Assembly: GCA_029717555.1 (NCBI GenBank)
Contig: JAMDHS010000044.1
Coordinates: forward strand, 1 to 64,000
DNA length: 64,000 nucleotides
Direction of reading: 5' to 3'
DNA from: Peribolospora baueri
Taxonomy: Eukaryota
A model generated the notes under the pieces. That model ran no database searches, was not told the DNA's origin, and saw only the letters and a list, made by a program, of their open reading frames with translations. Made by a program: the position numbers and the translations under genes. This document shows, piece after piece, positions 21,431 to 34,537 of the stretch (position 1 is its first letter; each line of letters begins with the position of its first letter).

Positions 21431-24400
21431 ATGGACGGACAGGAACAAGTTCAAGTCCCTGCGACTTGGCTCCGTCCGTCGCGGCACGTGCTGCGCCATC
21501 GACGTCGTCTTTGGGACATCCCTGGATCGTTTCGTCGTCGGCCGTCTCCACTCTCCAACAACGCACGTCGTCCATCGCCCCCATTCACCTCCGTCGTTCA
21601 TCTTCAGCCCGCTCCATCAACCTCTGCGCGTTCCTTCATCCAGCTCCTCCCTGCCGCCCGCCTTACGCCCACACTTCGCTTGGTCAACCAACCGTCGCCC
21701 TACCTCTGCGCAACCCGAGCCAAGATGGCCAGCGCACGCGCTGGAACTTCCGGGTCTTCAGCGTCTCTTGCACCACCATCCGGCCCCTCTCACAACGGAG
21801 CGTCCTCCCCTCCGTCTTCGTCTCACTCCTCGCCCCGCTCTCGACCACGCCCTTTCCCGGACGCCCGTGCAGCAGGCGGACAGCATCGAGGCGGAGGTAT
21901 AGCGCCCCGTCCGCCCGGCCAGCCCCCTACCAACCTCGTCACATATCGCAAGGCGTCCATTAAAGCGCTCATAGACCCAACGCTCCCCGTTCAAGACGTC
22001 ATTCGACAGCTCTGCGCCAATGCTCACCTCAACGTACAAGAGCCGCCGGCACTGTTCTCGCTCAGGGACGAGGTCAACGACGAGCTTATCACGGACGAGA
22101 ACTTGCCGAGGAAGATTGAGCAGGTGGGTTTGCTCTCCTCGCCCGCTTTGTGTCAGAAGAGCATCACGCAGACTCGTCTGATCCCTTCCACTCGCCTGAT
22201 GTTTGGCGGTGCGTGTTCGATAATCGCAGGAAGCCCCTTTCAAGCTCGTTTCCTCGCCCACCATCGAGGCAGTCGAGATGGTGGAGAAGCTCACGTCACG
22301 GGACGAAAAGGCGCTCAAGATGGCGACGTACACCTTGCAAAAGTTCATCAGGGTAAGTCCCGTATCGCATCGTCCCCTTTCGCATAGACTCTTGCATCCT
22401 GTCGTTCGTTCTGATCACTGAGACGTACGATCTCGTCTCACTCGTGCCTTCAGGAACGCGAGTTCGCTGCCGAGTTCATTGCACGCGATGGTGTATCCGC
22501 CTTGGCAACCATCATTCGTTCCTACGTCTCGGGAAACACGCTGGCCTACGCGCTCACCAGCTGTCAGAACCTCATGGAGACAATGGATCACGGGTGGGAG
22601 GTTCTCGACGGAGGCTTCATTGCCAAGGTGATTTGAACAATGGAAGAGCAAAGTCCGCTTCCTTCCCCGTTCAACTTCTCACTCGTCCCTTGGCCTAAAT
22701 TCTCCTTCAGGTCGTCAACATCCTTGTAACCCAAGAACGCATCAACGTCTGCCGACCCGCGACCGCCATCCTCAAAAAGCTCGTCGTCTCCGGTCCTGAG
22801 AACGCCCCTTCTACGCCGACCCAGGTGCTTCCCACCTCTCTCCAAGAGTCTACCGGCGTTCCTGAAGGCCGCGATGCCGTATATCGTTTCGGCTTTGAGA
22901 CGGTATATAGGGAAATCCAGGCTCAGCCTGCATTCCTGAGCACCCTGGTCGGGAGGCTAAACAGCGCGGATACGACGTTGTGTCTCCAAAGGTGAGTGCA
23001 GAACAAGGAAGGGGTCGTACTAGGGAGAGGATGTCCGTGCACCTGCGATTTCACTCTGATCTTTTCGGATTTTCCTTCGCGTTTTTAGTCTCTCTCTTAT
23101 CAACTCGCTCATGCGTCACGTATCCGATAACATGTTCGACCACTTCAGCGCCGAGGTGGAGCGGCTGGGCGTCAGCCGAGCTGTCGCTGTGAGTGTGGTT
23201 CTCGATCGAAGTGGGATCTCGGAGAGCGCTAGTGTCATTACATTGTCCATTTGCTCATCCATTCATATTGTCGGTTTCTTTAACCCCACGTCGGTCGGTG
23301 TTCCGCACTCTAGCGCCTCATGGACTCTCCCCTCCCTCTCGAAGAGCTGACCTCTGTCATTCTAGACTACCAAGCCTGTGTCATCCGCTTCGCCCACAGG
23401 CGCATGACCACGCCAGTTGTTCCTGCCGAGCCACTGCACGCCGCCTCGCTCAACTATATCTGGCTCTCTGCCGCCATTTCCGACGCGCCTGCCCCCGGCC
23501 CCTCCATCAAGGTCACAGCGCCGTCCTCGAATGGCGTAGAAGGTCCAGAGCCACGACGGCGACAACAGCAGCAGCAGCAAGAAGAGGCGGCGGACGCGGG
23601 GGCGAGGATGAGGTGGCGGAGGTTGGGCTTTGGGAGCGAGGCTGTGGGGAGAGAGTTTGGGAGGACAGGAACGTTGGGACTTGAGTGTCTTGAGGGGTTC
23701 GTCAAAACGGACAAGGAGGCTTATGCCAAGGTGAGAGAGGCGAAGACGCGAAGAAATTCCGCTAGGAAGAAAGCGGTCTGACTGCACCACGAGAGACGAA
23801 GCCATCTGTTTGAGCTGCCGACTGACGTTTGTCTCTCTCTCTCCTTGCGCACCGCGCTTCTCCCGTGGTGGTGACCCATAGGTCATCCTCGAACAGGTCA
23901 ACCGGCCAGAAGAACGACGTTGTCCGTTCGCACGGGCTTCCATCGAGGTCGCCGAGATCTTGGCAGATCATTGGGACATCGAGACTGGCTGTGAGTGTAA
24001 CGTTTGCCCGTCTTTCCAGGTGAAATGGAGTGATGCTCAATGCGCGGTGCTCGCGTGCTGTTTCTGCCGTCGCGATCGAACAGACACGACGGCCACCGTC
24101 TTCCTACCCTTCCTTCTCTCCTTCCAGAAAATTCATTACATGGCTCTGCGATTCTTCCTTCGGTAAGACACCTCCCCTTCCCGCAGGCTCGAGATCTTTG
24201 GCTGGCGCCCGCGTGGGTCTGACACGAACAAGTCACCTGACGCGCGCAGCATGTGGAACGAGTCTGGGGCGGCGTCGTCCGACTTCCCTCGCGTGTCTGC
24301 TCTGGTACGGAGTCAGGTCAAGGAGGCTCTGCGGAGCGAGAGCTCCAAGAGCTGGTTCGACGTCGAGAGAGAGTTTTTGGACAGCGAATACCGGGTGAGT

Positions 24401-25612
24401 GTGACTCTGAGGACATGGGCACGGTCGCGTCGAACGGATGGGAGGATGTTGCTTCTGACGAGCACATGCGCCCGTCGGGACGATTGCCACTGCCGCCGAT
24501 TTCCCAGACGGTACGGGACCGACAGTTGAAAGAATTGGAGATCGAGGACGACTTTTCGTCCAAGGCTTCTATCCGGTGGGTGTCAGCACGTTTTCCAGCT
24601 CGTTCGAGTGGCCTCGCGCTGAGCCCCTACCTCGCCGGTTCCGTCTATTCCTCGGCGCCTAGAAACCTGCGTGGCCGGCTGTACCGCGAGTCATACGAGT
24701 TCGTACGACAGCAGCGCATCCAGTGCCTCCTCGAGGGCGCGTGGTTTTTCACCCACGTCAATCCCAAGTACACGCCGGCCCGAAAGCCGAACCTGAGCGT
24801 GGGTACGGCGAGGATGTGGCGATTCTATCGACTGGTGGGTGAAACTCCGAGTCCGCTCTCCGCGGTCGCCTCGACGACGTATGAGAAAAGCCGGTAGCTG
24901 AACTTGTTTGGGTGGACCGACAGTCGCCGAACAAGAAGATTTTGCACTTTTGCGAGTGCCTCGAACGGATTCCGATCCGCGGCGGGCTGGAGGATCTGCC
25001 GGAAAAGAGTGAGTGCTGGGTCGAGCGGGGAAAGGTATGGGGAGAAGGATGGTGGCCTGCTGGATGTTGGGGCTACGTCGCGGTCATCGGAACGAAGTGG
25101 TTCAGCGACGATTGAACTTGGGCTTTCTTCCCTTGCTTTGCAGTCGACCTCTCGCTCGTGACCGACGTAGCCTTGCCTACTAGCCAACTGACCCAGGACG
25201 CCAACGGTCCTTCAGTGTCAGGACCGGCGGGACCAAACCAGCTTTCGTTCTCTTTGCTGTCCGGGCCAGAGGTGTCGCTTGCGGACCTGACGGCTCTGAC
25301 GGCGAGTCAGTTCAGCGAGTGGACAGACGGGCTGAACATGCTTCGCGGGGAGGAGGAAGGCGGGGGCGCTGGGGGCGTGGTGAGCACGAAGGAGACGGCC
25401 GAGTTTATTCAGATCCTCACCGAAATCGGCGTCAAGGTCAAGCTGCTGGATCTCGGAGGTGAAAGGGTGAGTGAAAGATGGTGGTTGAGAAGCGAAGAGG
25501 CAGGCCTGACCACTGTCCCCGTCCCTGTCGGCTCGCACAGATCGAAGTGCCGACGAGCATCCCCACGCCACCGATGCCGCTGTCGACCAACTTTTTCTTT
25601 GCCGAGCTCTGA
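21431..25612 (+). CDS. ELMO/CED-12 family protein (RBD-ARM-ELMO-PH), multi-exon
   Basis: VQDVIRQLC...FSLRDE..DELITDENL, GNTLAYAL, WRRLGF, CPFARASIEV, VRQQRIQCLLEGAWF, EWTDGLNML and a Pro-rich tail. Start could instead be near 21725. Confidence 0.88.
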
Positions 25613-26386
25613 AGTTGTAGGGGGAAGAATCCGGTGGTGTCGAGTCTGGTCTTGGCGATTCCACCCCATCCGTCTGTCTCTCTGCGTCCGAGCCATGGCG
25701 TCGCTGGCACGCGTTGTTCGCTGTGCGCTGTTCCGCCCTACCTCGAGGTCTCGGTGTCTTGGTCCACTTCCTTCGTCCTACCTTGGGTTCGTGCGTTGTC
25801 CCGCTTGGATCGCCCTATGGGTGGGCGGCGATACGCAGGTATATAAATATATAAAAGTTTTGCATGGACAATAATATTTTTCCCGTTTTCGGCTGGCTTG
25901 GCATGGCTTTGGCTCGGCTGAATGGGACGGAGGGAGGGCAAGTGGGCGGTCGGACTTTGTCGTTAGCGACTTGCTCGCCGGGAAACAAAACAGGCGTCGA
26001 TGGCGTTCGAATGGAGTGCTATTTTATATGACGTACAGGTCGGTGGGGCCTAGCGTCGTTCTTGGTCCAGGTGCGGGGAAGTGGATGTGGATGTGGTAGC
26101 TAGCACGGCGCGTTGCGGCTTCGCTTGCTTGCTTGTTTGCCGACGGCGAGCGGCAGGGCAGGGTATGCTGGACTAGTGCGTGGACATGTAGGAGGTAGGG
26201 AGCGTGGGAGGGGCTTTTGGGCCTGTGCTCGGTAGGACGGGGTCGAGCCGACTCGATTCGACTCGACCTCGACTTAGGGTTGGTTGGGGAGCTGTCTTAG
26301 CCGGGGTCGAGGTTAGCCAGGTAGGCTCATGTACGAAGACTCTTCCGGGCTCGGCGAGCAGATGAAGTCTGGGCGCGCACACAAGC

Positions 26387-26436
26387 ATGTATGTGTGTGT
26401 GTGTGTGTATGTATGTGTGTATGTATGTATGTATGC
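26387..26436. repeat. (GT)n/(GTAT)n microsatellite
   Basis: Directly visible. Confidence 0.85.
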
Positions 26437-27658
26437 ATGGATGTAACATGGGCGGCGGAAGCGGGGCAGAAGAGCAACCAAGGCAGGAGGACCGCGGGAA
26501 AGGGAGAGACGGTGGTGCCTTGGGCGACGGTCGCTGGACGAGGTTAAGGATCAAGTTGGACGTACAGTAGTTCGTTAGGCGGAGGCGGAGAGTTTGGACG
26601 GATGTGGAGGAAATGGAAATGGAAATGGAGGTCCGGTCGGTCGGAAGCAGGCGGTGGTGTGGTTCAGTTATGACATGACGCTCCCTCTGAAGGCTAGGGT
26701 AGGCGAAAGGGAGGACGAGGGGTGGATGGACATGCACGTGATCCGATTGCATTGGCCGGCGGTTAGTCATCAGAGAACTGCCGGCGGCTCGGACATGAGC
26801 GGCGATGGCGGAGAGGGACGAAGGAGGACCTTGGGGTTCGGAGAGATGAGATGCGAGATCGTCCGAGGGCGGGTGCAAATGTGGGTTGCGTGGTGGCGTT
26901 CGGACGGGAGCCAATCAGATTGATGCGGAGCCATCGGCCGCGTTGCGGGAGAACGGATGAGAAGAGCCGGGGATGGGTTAGGGTTAGGGTGGAATTGGGT
27001 TTCGTGAGACTGTGGTCGGGGAGACGGCGGGGACGAGATGATCGACGCCGTGGCGGACAGAGTAACTGGCTGTCTGTCCGCCTGACTAACGGACGGAGGA
27101 CAAGATAGCATAGCATAACTCGTGGCGCGCCTGCGTCGTTGGCCTCCCCATCGGAGATACGAAAGAATACGTACGTCGGCGGCGGCCTTCGGTTCGGCGG
27201 ATTCGCACACGGCATCGCACACGGCCAACGGCGTCTTCCTTCGCCTCGTCGTCGTTGTCCCTGTCGATGCGGTGAGGCTAGTTACGTACAAGCGACTACG
27301 TACTGCACTGCATCCTCTCTTTCTTGCACCTTCCCGGCCGGCCGTCGCGGTCGCCAAGGCGGTCAGGTCAGGTCAGGTCAGGTCAGGTCGTCGTCGTCGA
27401 TCAAACTTTCCTCTTCGGGTCGCGGTGAGGCTACAAGGACCTATTTATCCGCGTTTCCAGGGAAGCGAAGGGCGGAGGGGAGGAGATGGAGCGGAGAAAG
27501 AGAGGGGAGAGAGAGAGAAAGAGACAGAAAGAGACGGTAGACGACGCGAACGACGAGCGTGTTCCCGCTTTCGGGGGACGTTTCCGCCCTCGGACTCGCC
27601 TTCTCCGCCTCCGCCTCTCACCTGTCTGACATTTTGCTGATCGACACGGAGGAGACGG

Positions 27659-27737
27659 AGTGAGTGAGTGAGGGAGGGAGGGAGGGAGGGAGTGACTGAC
27701 TGACTGACTGACTGACTGACTGACTGACTGACTGACT
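27659..27737. repeat. Compound microsatellite (AGTG)n(AGGG)n(TGAC)n
   Basis: About 11 perfect TGAC units preceded by GAGT and GGGA units. Confidence 0.9.
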
Positions 27738-29510
27738 CTCTGTCTTGCCTCGCTGACGCCCAGGCGCGCACGCGGGCCGGGCGGGCTCGCTGGTTGGCCA
27801 GTCGGTTAGTCGAGCAGCGGCTAATCAGACGTACGAGGGATGTCCAGCCGCCCTGCGCCCACCGCCGAGTAGGCTGGCTGGCTGGCCCGCTGACGCGATC
27901 GTGGACCGACCGGGCCTTGCTTTTACCGCCCTCTTCCTTCCTTCTTCTCCATCTTCCGTCCGTGTCCGTCCATCGTCGACCGCGAATCCATCCGCCATCC
28001 CCTCGTCCTCGTCCCTGCCTTGGCCCTGCGTACGTGTGCGTGTGCCGCTGTTCGGACGTGGGCGCTAGAAAAGAAGGGCGCCCAAAGGTTCCGCGCACAC
28101 TTTCTTCTTCTTTTGCGCCGCCGCCGCCGCCGCCGCCGCCGTCACTCTGCAGATTGGGCGGAGGAGAGATGAGAGACATTGGGCGGAGGAAAAAGGAGCC
28201 AGCCATCCTCGCCATTCTCTCTTCTCTCTCCCTCCCTCCGTGTATGGCAAGAAAGAGACACTGGGAACGACGCCCACGAGGGGCGCGTGGGTGTTGGAGA
28301 CAAGACGTCTCAGACGTCTCGGTTCGGCGATTCGAAGCGATCGTCGTCGGATGTGTACGTAGAGCACAGTCAGTGCCAGTACATACATGCGTATACACCT
28401 TCCCTCGTTCTGCCTTGTTCTGCTCTGTTCTGCTCTGCATTGCATTGCTCTGCTCTGTCGAGAGAGATACGAGATACGAACACGAAGACGCATCGAGAAA
28501 GAGAGAGAGGAGGTGAACGCAGCGGCCGCTCTCTTGCTCCTCTTCCTTCCTTTCTTTCTCTGCTGGTGGTGTTTTTAAGCTGACGGATGTCGATGTGTGT
28601 GTGTGTCTATCTTCTGTCTGTGTCTGTGTCTGCCTCGCTGGCGGATGGACTGGCTGCCGACGTTGCTAGCTACTCTAACTCGCTCTCGGCGCAGAGAAGG
28701 GCGGCGCTAGAGCGTATATAGGGCCGAGCTACGCCCACACGTTTAGGCCGTCTTTTTCTTTTCTTTCCTTTCCTTCCTTCCTTCCTTCCTTCTTCCTTCC
28801 AACCCGCCTCTTCCTTCCACCAACCCGCTCTCTCTCTCCGCCTCTTCCGTCTCAACTCTCCGTCTACATCCCCTCGCCTCGCCTTCCCCCCATCTTGGCC
28901 CTGGCCTGCCTGCTGGATCGGATCGCCCGCCGGCTTCGATCCCAAGTCAGCCCACCACACCACACTACACCAACACCAACACCACCACCAACCAACCACC
29001 GACGACTCCGACCGGCTCTCCTCCCTCTTCTCACCCCTTCTGTCCTCCTCTTTCTCCTCGTCCATCGCCGTACGCAGACAGACGCATAGCATAAGCACAA
29101 GCGCAAGAACAAGCCCATACATAAGCACAAGCACATCGCTCGCAGGGGCAGACTCACTCGTGAGTGCTCAAAGCAGACCACAGCGCTTTGACTAGCGAGG
29201 CGCAGAGGATCATCGCCCAGGGGATCGCCCAAGTAGTAGTCTGTCGGTCGGTCGTCGGTCGGTATCGGTCAGTGTAGTGTATAGTGTACATACTCCCAGC
29301 CAGCGCTAGCCTCCTACCTCCTCCATCTCCTTCTCCATCTCCTTCTCCATCTCCATCTCCTTCTCCATCTCTACTCCATCTCCATCTCTATCCCCGCCCT
29401 TCTTCCCATCCACCCCCTTCGCCTTCCTCACGTCGGCCCCTTCTATCCCCCCTCCTCCCACGCTCACCACTCCGCTTCTTTTCCTCCCCCTCATCGCAGG
29501 CGCTGCGCAC

Positions 29511-31253
29511 ATGCCCTCCCTTCCGCCGCTCGCAGAAGCGCTCCACGCGTCGAGCTCCAGCTCGTCTCGCCCGCCCGTCGCTATGGGAGGTTATTACGAC
29601 TCCTCGTCCAATTCCTACGACGTCAACAACGTCGGCCACGCCTTCCTCGACCCCGCCGCCGTCGCTACCCACGATCAGTCCTCCCACCCGCACTCCCACT
29701 CCCACTCCCACTCTCACTCCCACTCCCACCACCACGACCCCACCGCCCATCACTCCACCTTCTCCGGCACCACCCTCCCCTTCTCCGATAACTCGCCCCC
29801 TTTCTTCTCCGCCTCCACCAGCCTAGCCCATCGCGCCTCTATATCCGGGCCCGTCTCCAGCGCCTCCATCGACCCCTCCAATGCCGCCGCACACGCACCC
29901 CCGCAGGCCGGAGAGTTTACCCAGTGGAGCAACGCCCAGGGAATGCCCCGCCCTCACACCGCCGACGGCATGTTCGGTCCCTTTGGCGCCTCCATGCCAC
30001 CCCCTTCCACCACCATCGTCGGCGCCACCATGGGAGCACCCCATCCCGCCGCCGTTGCCGCCCAAGCCGCCCCTCTCATGGCCGCCCGACCCAGCACCAG
30101 CGGATCTTCCTCCGGCGGCAGCGCCCCCAACGGCTCCCCCTACGCCGCCCGTTCTGCCATTTCACGCCCAGGCACCGCCGCCGGCGCCCACTTCCCCGGC
30201 TCCTTCACCTCCCTCGTCCCCGCCGCGCACCCTCCACCCCCGCCAGGAATGGTGCCCATCGCTTACCCGCCCACCGGCATGACCGCCGCCGCTCCCGGCA
30301 AGGTCTTCTCTTTTGTTCCCCTTCCCGGGCCGCAAAACAAGAAGCGGCCTCGGAGGAGGTACGACGAGATCGAGCGCCTCTACCCGTGCAACTGGCCCGG
30401 CTGCACCAAGAGCTACGGCACCCTCAACCACCTCAACGCCCACGTCACCATGCAAAAGCACGGCCCCAAGAGGAGTCCTAGCGGTGAGTGTGCGGACGAA
30501 GGGAAGGGGTGCGATGGAGCCGGTGCGATAACGTACTGCGAGCGATCACGTCATGCATGCATGCGCGGTGGAGGGCAGTATTGGGTGTCGCATACAGACC
30601 ACAGGTGCACCGGACACCTTCCTTCGCTTCCTTTTTTCTCGTCGTCCCCTCCGCTCACCACGTCTTGCGATCTTCCTCCTCCCCCTTTCAACCTCACAGA
30701 ATTCAAAGAAATGCGCAAAGAGTGGAGGCGACGAAAACGCGAAGAGGAGCAGCGGCGTGCCTCCATCGCCGCCTCCCACGCTTCCTCCGATGGTACCAAC
30801 TCCAACGGCATGGAGTTCTCTCGGCCCAGCACCGCTCCCGGTGGCTACCTCGTCCCCGCCGGCTCCATGCTCCAGCCTTCGGCCCATCAACCCATGGTCT
30901 TCGGCTACGCCCCTGCCCCGGGCCAAGTCCAGCCTACGTTCGCCCACCAGCTCCCCGCTTCGGCCGGTGGCGTGTCCATGTACGCCGCTCATGTGCCCCG
31001 ATACTCTTATTCCGCCCCGGGCGCACCGATGTCCGGCTCCAATACCCACGCCGTCGGTCACGCCCAGCCGCACATGAGCGCCTACTCGGCCATCCACACC
31101 GGCGCCGGTGGCGCTCCCTCCGCCGGCTACGCCGCCCCTTCCCCGACCTCGGCGACCGCCGGGCCCGGCGGTCAAACCCTCCTTCCCTCCCTCGATGTCA
31201 ACTCGGCCGGCGGGCAGAGCGCGCACACCAACGGCCACTGGGCTCCCGTTTGA
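29511..31253 (+). CDS. CON7: Con7-like C2H2 zinc-finger transcription factor, with an intron at about 30485-30699
   Basis: KKRPRRRYDEIERLYPCNWPGCTKSYGTLNHLNAHVTMQKHGPKRSP|EFKEMRKEW is the Con7 signature. His-Ser repeat near the N-terminus. Start uncertain (29511 or 29583). Confidence 0.88.
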   Translation: MPSLPPLAEALHASSSSSSRPPVAMGGYYDSSSNSYDVNNVGHAFLDPAAVATHDQSSHPHSHSHSHSHSHSHHHDPTAHHSTFSGTTLPFSDNSPPFFSASTSLAHRASISGPVSSASIDPSNAAAHAPPQAGEFTQWSNAQGMPRPHTADGMFGPFGASMPPPSTTIVGATMGAPHPAAVAAQAAPLMAARPSTSGSSSGGSAPNGSPYAARSAISRPGTAAGAHFPGSFTSLVPAAHPPPPPGMVPIAYPPTGMTAAAPGKVFSFVPLPGPQNKKRPRRRYDEIERLYPCNWPGCTKSYGTLNHLNAHVTMQKHGPKRSPSGECADEGKGCDGAGAITYCERSRHACMRGGGQYWVSHTDHRCTGHLPSLPFFSSSPPLTTSCDLPPPPFNLTEFKEMRKEWRRRKREEEQRRASIAASHASSDGTNSNGMEFSRPSTAPGGYLVPAGSMLQPSAHQPMVFGYAPAPGQVQPTFAHQLPASAGGVSMYAAHVPRYSYSAPGAPMSGSNTHAVGHAQPHMSAYSAIHTGAGGAPSAGYAAPSPTSATAGPGGQTLLPSLDVNSAGGQSAHTNGHWAPV

Positions 31254-31789
31254 GGGCCCCGTCGGTCGCCTTTTTGTCCTCCTTTTTTCCCTCGCTCGCT
31301 CGCCGGCCAGGCGGCTCGAGCTTGAGCGGCGTCTCGTCTTCTTAATTCTCTTTCGTTATTCCTTCCGCGCACCGTCATCCCCTCGGACGATTTCCGGACG
31401 CCGTCGACCTTGGCCTTTCTTGGACCGCGCGCTCGCCAGCCAGCCACACCGGTGCTTGAACCCGTCTCCGTTCGCTTCGCATGTTGGTACCCCTCCGTCT
31501 TCTTCCTTTTCTTCTTTTTCTCGCCAACCATTCCTTTCCTCGGCCCGTTCCTGGACGGCCATGTATCATTGTACTAGTCCCTTTGCGCCCCCCGCCGCCT
31601 CTTTCGGCCCACCCGCCTTCTTCGCTTTTCATTCTCCCTTTTTTTTTTTTAATCATGCAGCCCGGGCGGCCTCTTTCTCTCACCTCACCAGCTGGCTCGA
31701 GCCCTAGGCCGAGCTTGGACCGACCGGTTTGGTACCGATTTCCCCATCCATCCCTCTGTGCGCTCCATTCCATGCTCCTCCCCTATCCT

Positions 31790-31910
31790 CATTCTCCTCT
31801 CTCTCTGTCTCTCTTTCTCTCTCTGTGTCTCTTTCTTTCTCTCCCTCTCTCTTTCTCTCTCTCTCTCCCTCTCTCTCCCTCTCGCCCTCTATATCTCCCT
31901 CTATCTCTTC
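31790..31910. repeat. Degenerate (CT)n tract
   Basis: Long pyrimidine dinucleotide run downstream of Con7. Confidence 0.8.
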
Positions 31911-33490
31911 GTTTGTTTGCCCGGACGGACCGCATTCCCCCTCCCGTCTTCCGTTCCGTTTCCGTACCTTTCCCTTTCCCTTTCCCTAGTCGCGGTCATG
32001 TTCATGTCCTCCTTTCGTCTCCCGCTTGATCTCGAGTACCCGGACGCTTTCGTCCACCGACCCTTACCGCTTGTGTAGTGCCGCTGTCGTCGTCCTTCGA
32101 AGGCGAGCGAGAGATGGAAGGAAAGGGCTGTCGTTATATTTTCCGTCGTCGACTAGCATAAATGCACCCTAAGTTGATAAGAAGCGCGTCCTCCGTTCGT
32201 TTGTCCCCGACAGTCCGAACTGAGACTGATGCTAAGTTGGACCCCGCCGGCTACTCGCTCGATCGATCTCGCTACTGCATGTGCCCGTCGTCCTGTCTGT
32301 CGTACGTCGAAAGTCGAAGGTAGTGGGTGTTCCTTGCCGCACTTATTATTAGGGATTTCGGTCGACACCCTAGCTAGGGAGCTAGCTAGCTAGTTAGCTA
32401 GTAGTAGCTTGCTAGTCAGCTACGTAGCTCAATAGCGACCGACATCCCTTCCGCCCAGGCAGACATCCACTCCACCGTCCCTCCCATCCTATGGGGTCAA
32501 AGGGCCGTTCAAGTCGCAAGTCGCAAGTCGGGCGAAGTTAAAGTTAGGCGGGTGGAGATTAAAAAAATAAAATAAAAAATAAAAAAAGGAAAACGAAAAC
32601 GAAAACGAAAACGATTTCGAGCGTCATGCGACGGACGGCCAGGATTGCGAAGTGGTTTTTGTGGCTTGCTTTGGTTTTGTTTTGTTTTGTTTGGTTTGGT
32701 TGGATGGATGCGATCTTCCCTCCCTCCCTCCCTCCCTCGCTCTTCTTCTTCTTCTTCTTCTTCGTCGTCGTCGTCGGAGTCCGATATGATATGATCCCCA
32801 ACACGTCCCAGGCGGTGCGTCGCAGACCGACAGGATCGGTTTTGATTTTTGCCTAGGCGCAAGGTTAGCTCGGGAATACTATCAGCGATCAAGAGCGGTG
32901 CTCAATGGGCATACATCCATCCATCCATCGAGACCATGCTATCTATGTATGCGGTGCGGTGTATTATATGGATTCTCATGTCTGTTCCGCTCAAAGACCA
33001 CCGAGGACTGTGTCGTAACGTATGTGCGACTCCTTTCTATAGCGGCAGTTGGCGAATATGCCCAGACCGGACGGGACCCTTCTTTCTCATCATCCATCCC
33101 GCTGTTCGTCCTCTCTCCCACGACCCGATCCGTGCTGACGGATCCCCTCCCCTTCCGCCTGTGCGGGACACAGCGCCCGCCCGTCCTTGTCGATTCGGCC
33201 GGGCTACGTGTAGACGAGGCGAGCGGACGATGTGGCGAGGAAGGCACAAGGTCGGACGCGTCTTCCCGGTGGTCGACAGAGCTGGGAAGCGGCGGGGCGG
33301 AGAAGGACGAGTTCGATTAGGTAGGTGGGTGCGCGGGCAGACCGGCGGCCAGGTGAATATTGGCTCGTGCACGTCGTCGCCCCTCCCGTCCCCGGACAAG
33401 TACGCTGCGTCCGTGGTACGTGTGCCGCGACGTCGATGCTCTCGCCGTATCGCCAAGACGGCTCGCGGTCATCATGTCCCAACTTGCCCA

Positions 33491-34537
33491 CTAAGCCCGC
33501 TCGTCCTCTCTCCTCCCTCCCTCAGTCCCCTCCAGCTGACCACGCATCAGCGTACTTTCGGCGCTCTCCCCCGCCTCTCCTACGGTCTTGTACCGCTGCC
33601 GGTGATATACGAGCGGCAGACGTCCCTCTCCGCGAGAAACACTGTCATCAGGCGGGCGCAAATTCTCCTCGACCCTGCAAACCCTCGCGACAAACAGCAC
33701 CGAACCGCCCTCTTCGCGCTCAGACAGGTCGATCCATCGTTCCACTCGGCAACTGAGCGCGCCGAGCGAGTCGGACAGCACCGGAAGCGATTCGAGCGTC
33801 CAATGGTACCGGTGTCGGTGGAACGGATGGGCCTCTGTCTCCTCTTCTAGCGCATCTGCCCTCGCGTCCACATCCTTGACCACCGCCTCGACCGCCGAGG
33901 ACGGGGAAACGGGTTCGAGGAAAAGCGGGAGTCGCCGGGCGAATGCGGCGGCCACGTCGTCTTGAACGGCAGAAAGCACATTGATAACAAAGTGAGCCTC
34001 CTTCGCGGCGGTTGGTCGTCGTGCCGCCGACTCGGCCTGCGCTTGCAGGGCGTCCGCGAGCCGGCTCGGCGTGCGCAGGCTGAACGTCACCAGCGGCGGG
34101 TCGAGGGACACGGAGGCAAAGCTCGACAGCGTGGCACCGTGGAGGTACCGTCTTGACGGCGCTTTGTGGTTGCCGTCGTCGCCAACACCGTCGGTGGAGC
34201 TTGGTGACCCTTTTTCGCTTCGTCCATCGTCCTTCATCCCTCGGCCAGGTTGGGTGAGCGCGAGAGTGACGACGGCGACCGGCTGCGCACAGGAACGCAT
34301 GAGAAGGCGCAGAGAATACGGGACCTCCCTCTCATTCTCTCTCTTCGAAGAACGGTCACAGTGTTTCTTGTCCAACGCCGCGGTAGAGACCGACCCGAAA
34401 GCACGCCCTGGAGCGGTCGACGAAGCCGATAATCGCGAAGGGTGCGCTCTCCCAAAGCCCGCTGCCGGTGGACCTGCGAAGAGGCACCTGTGCAACGCCA
34501 CGCGAGCTGGGGTCACGAAGACAGTCGAGGTGGGCAT
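33491..34537 (-). CDS. Flavin reductase-like FMN-binding domain protein, intronless
   Basis: LRLLMRSCAQPVAVVT, HGATLSSFASVSLDPPLVTFSL, FVINVLS, LFVARV and PLVYHRQRY. The basic N-terminus suggests mitochondrial targeting. Confidence 0.85.
   Translation of the reverse strand: MPTSTVFVTPARVALHRCLFAGPPAAGFGRAHPSRLSASSTAPGRAFGSVSTAALDKKHCDRSSKRENEREVPYSLRLLMRSCAQPVAVVTLALTQPGRGMKDDGRSEKGSPSSTDGVGDDGNHKAPSRRYLHGATLSSFASVSLDPPLVTFSLRTPSRLADALQAQAESAARRPTAAKEAHFVINVLSAVQDDVAAAFARRLPLFLEPVSPSSAVEAVVKDVDARADALEEETEAHPFHRHRYHWTLESLPVLSDSLGALSCRVERWIDLSEREEGGSVLFVARVCRVEENLRPPDDSVSRGEGRLPLVYHRQRYKTVGEAGESAESTLMRGQLEGTEGGRREDERA

Noticed and set aside
26975..26990. GGGTTAGGGTTAGGGT as a telomerase RNA template
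   Set aside because: It lies among many microsatellites, and no supporting pseudoknot or CR4/5-like structure could be identified by eye.
26173..29232. Numerous long ORFs in the track across the Con7 upstream region, and antisense ORFs over real genes
   Set aside because: Low-complexity translations of microsatellites and GC-rich shadow frames, with no recognisable motifs.
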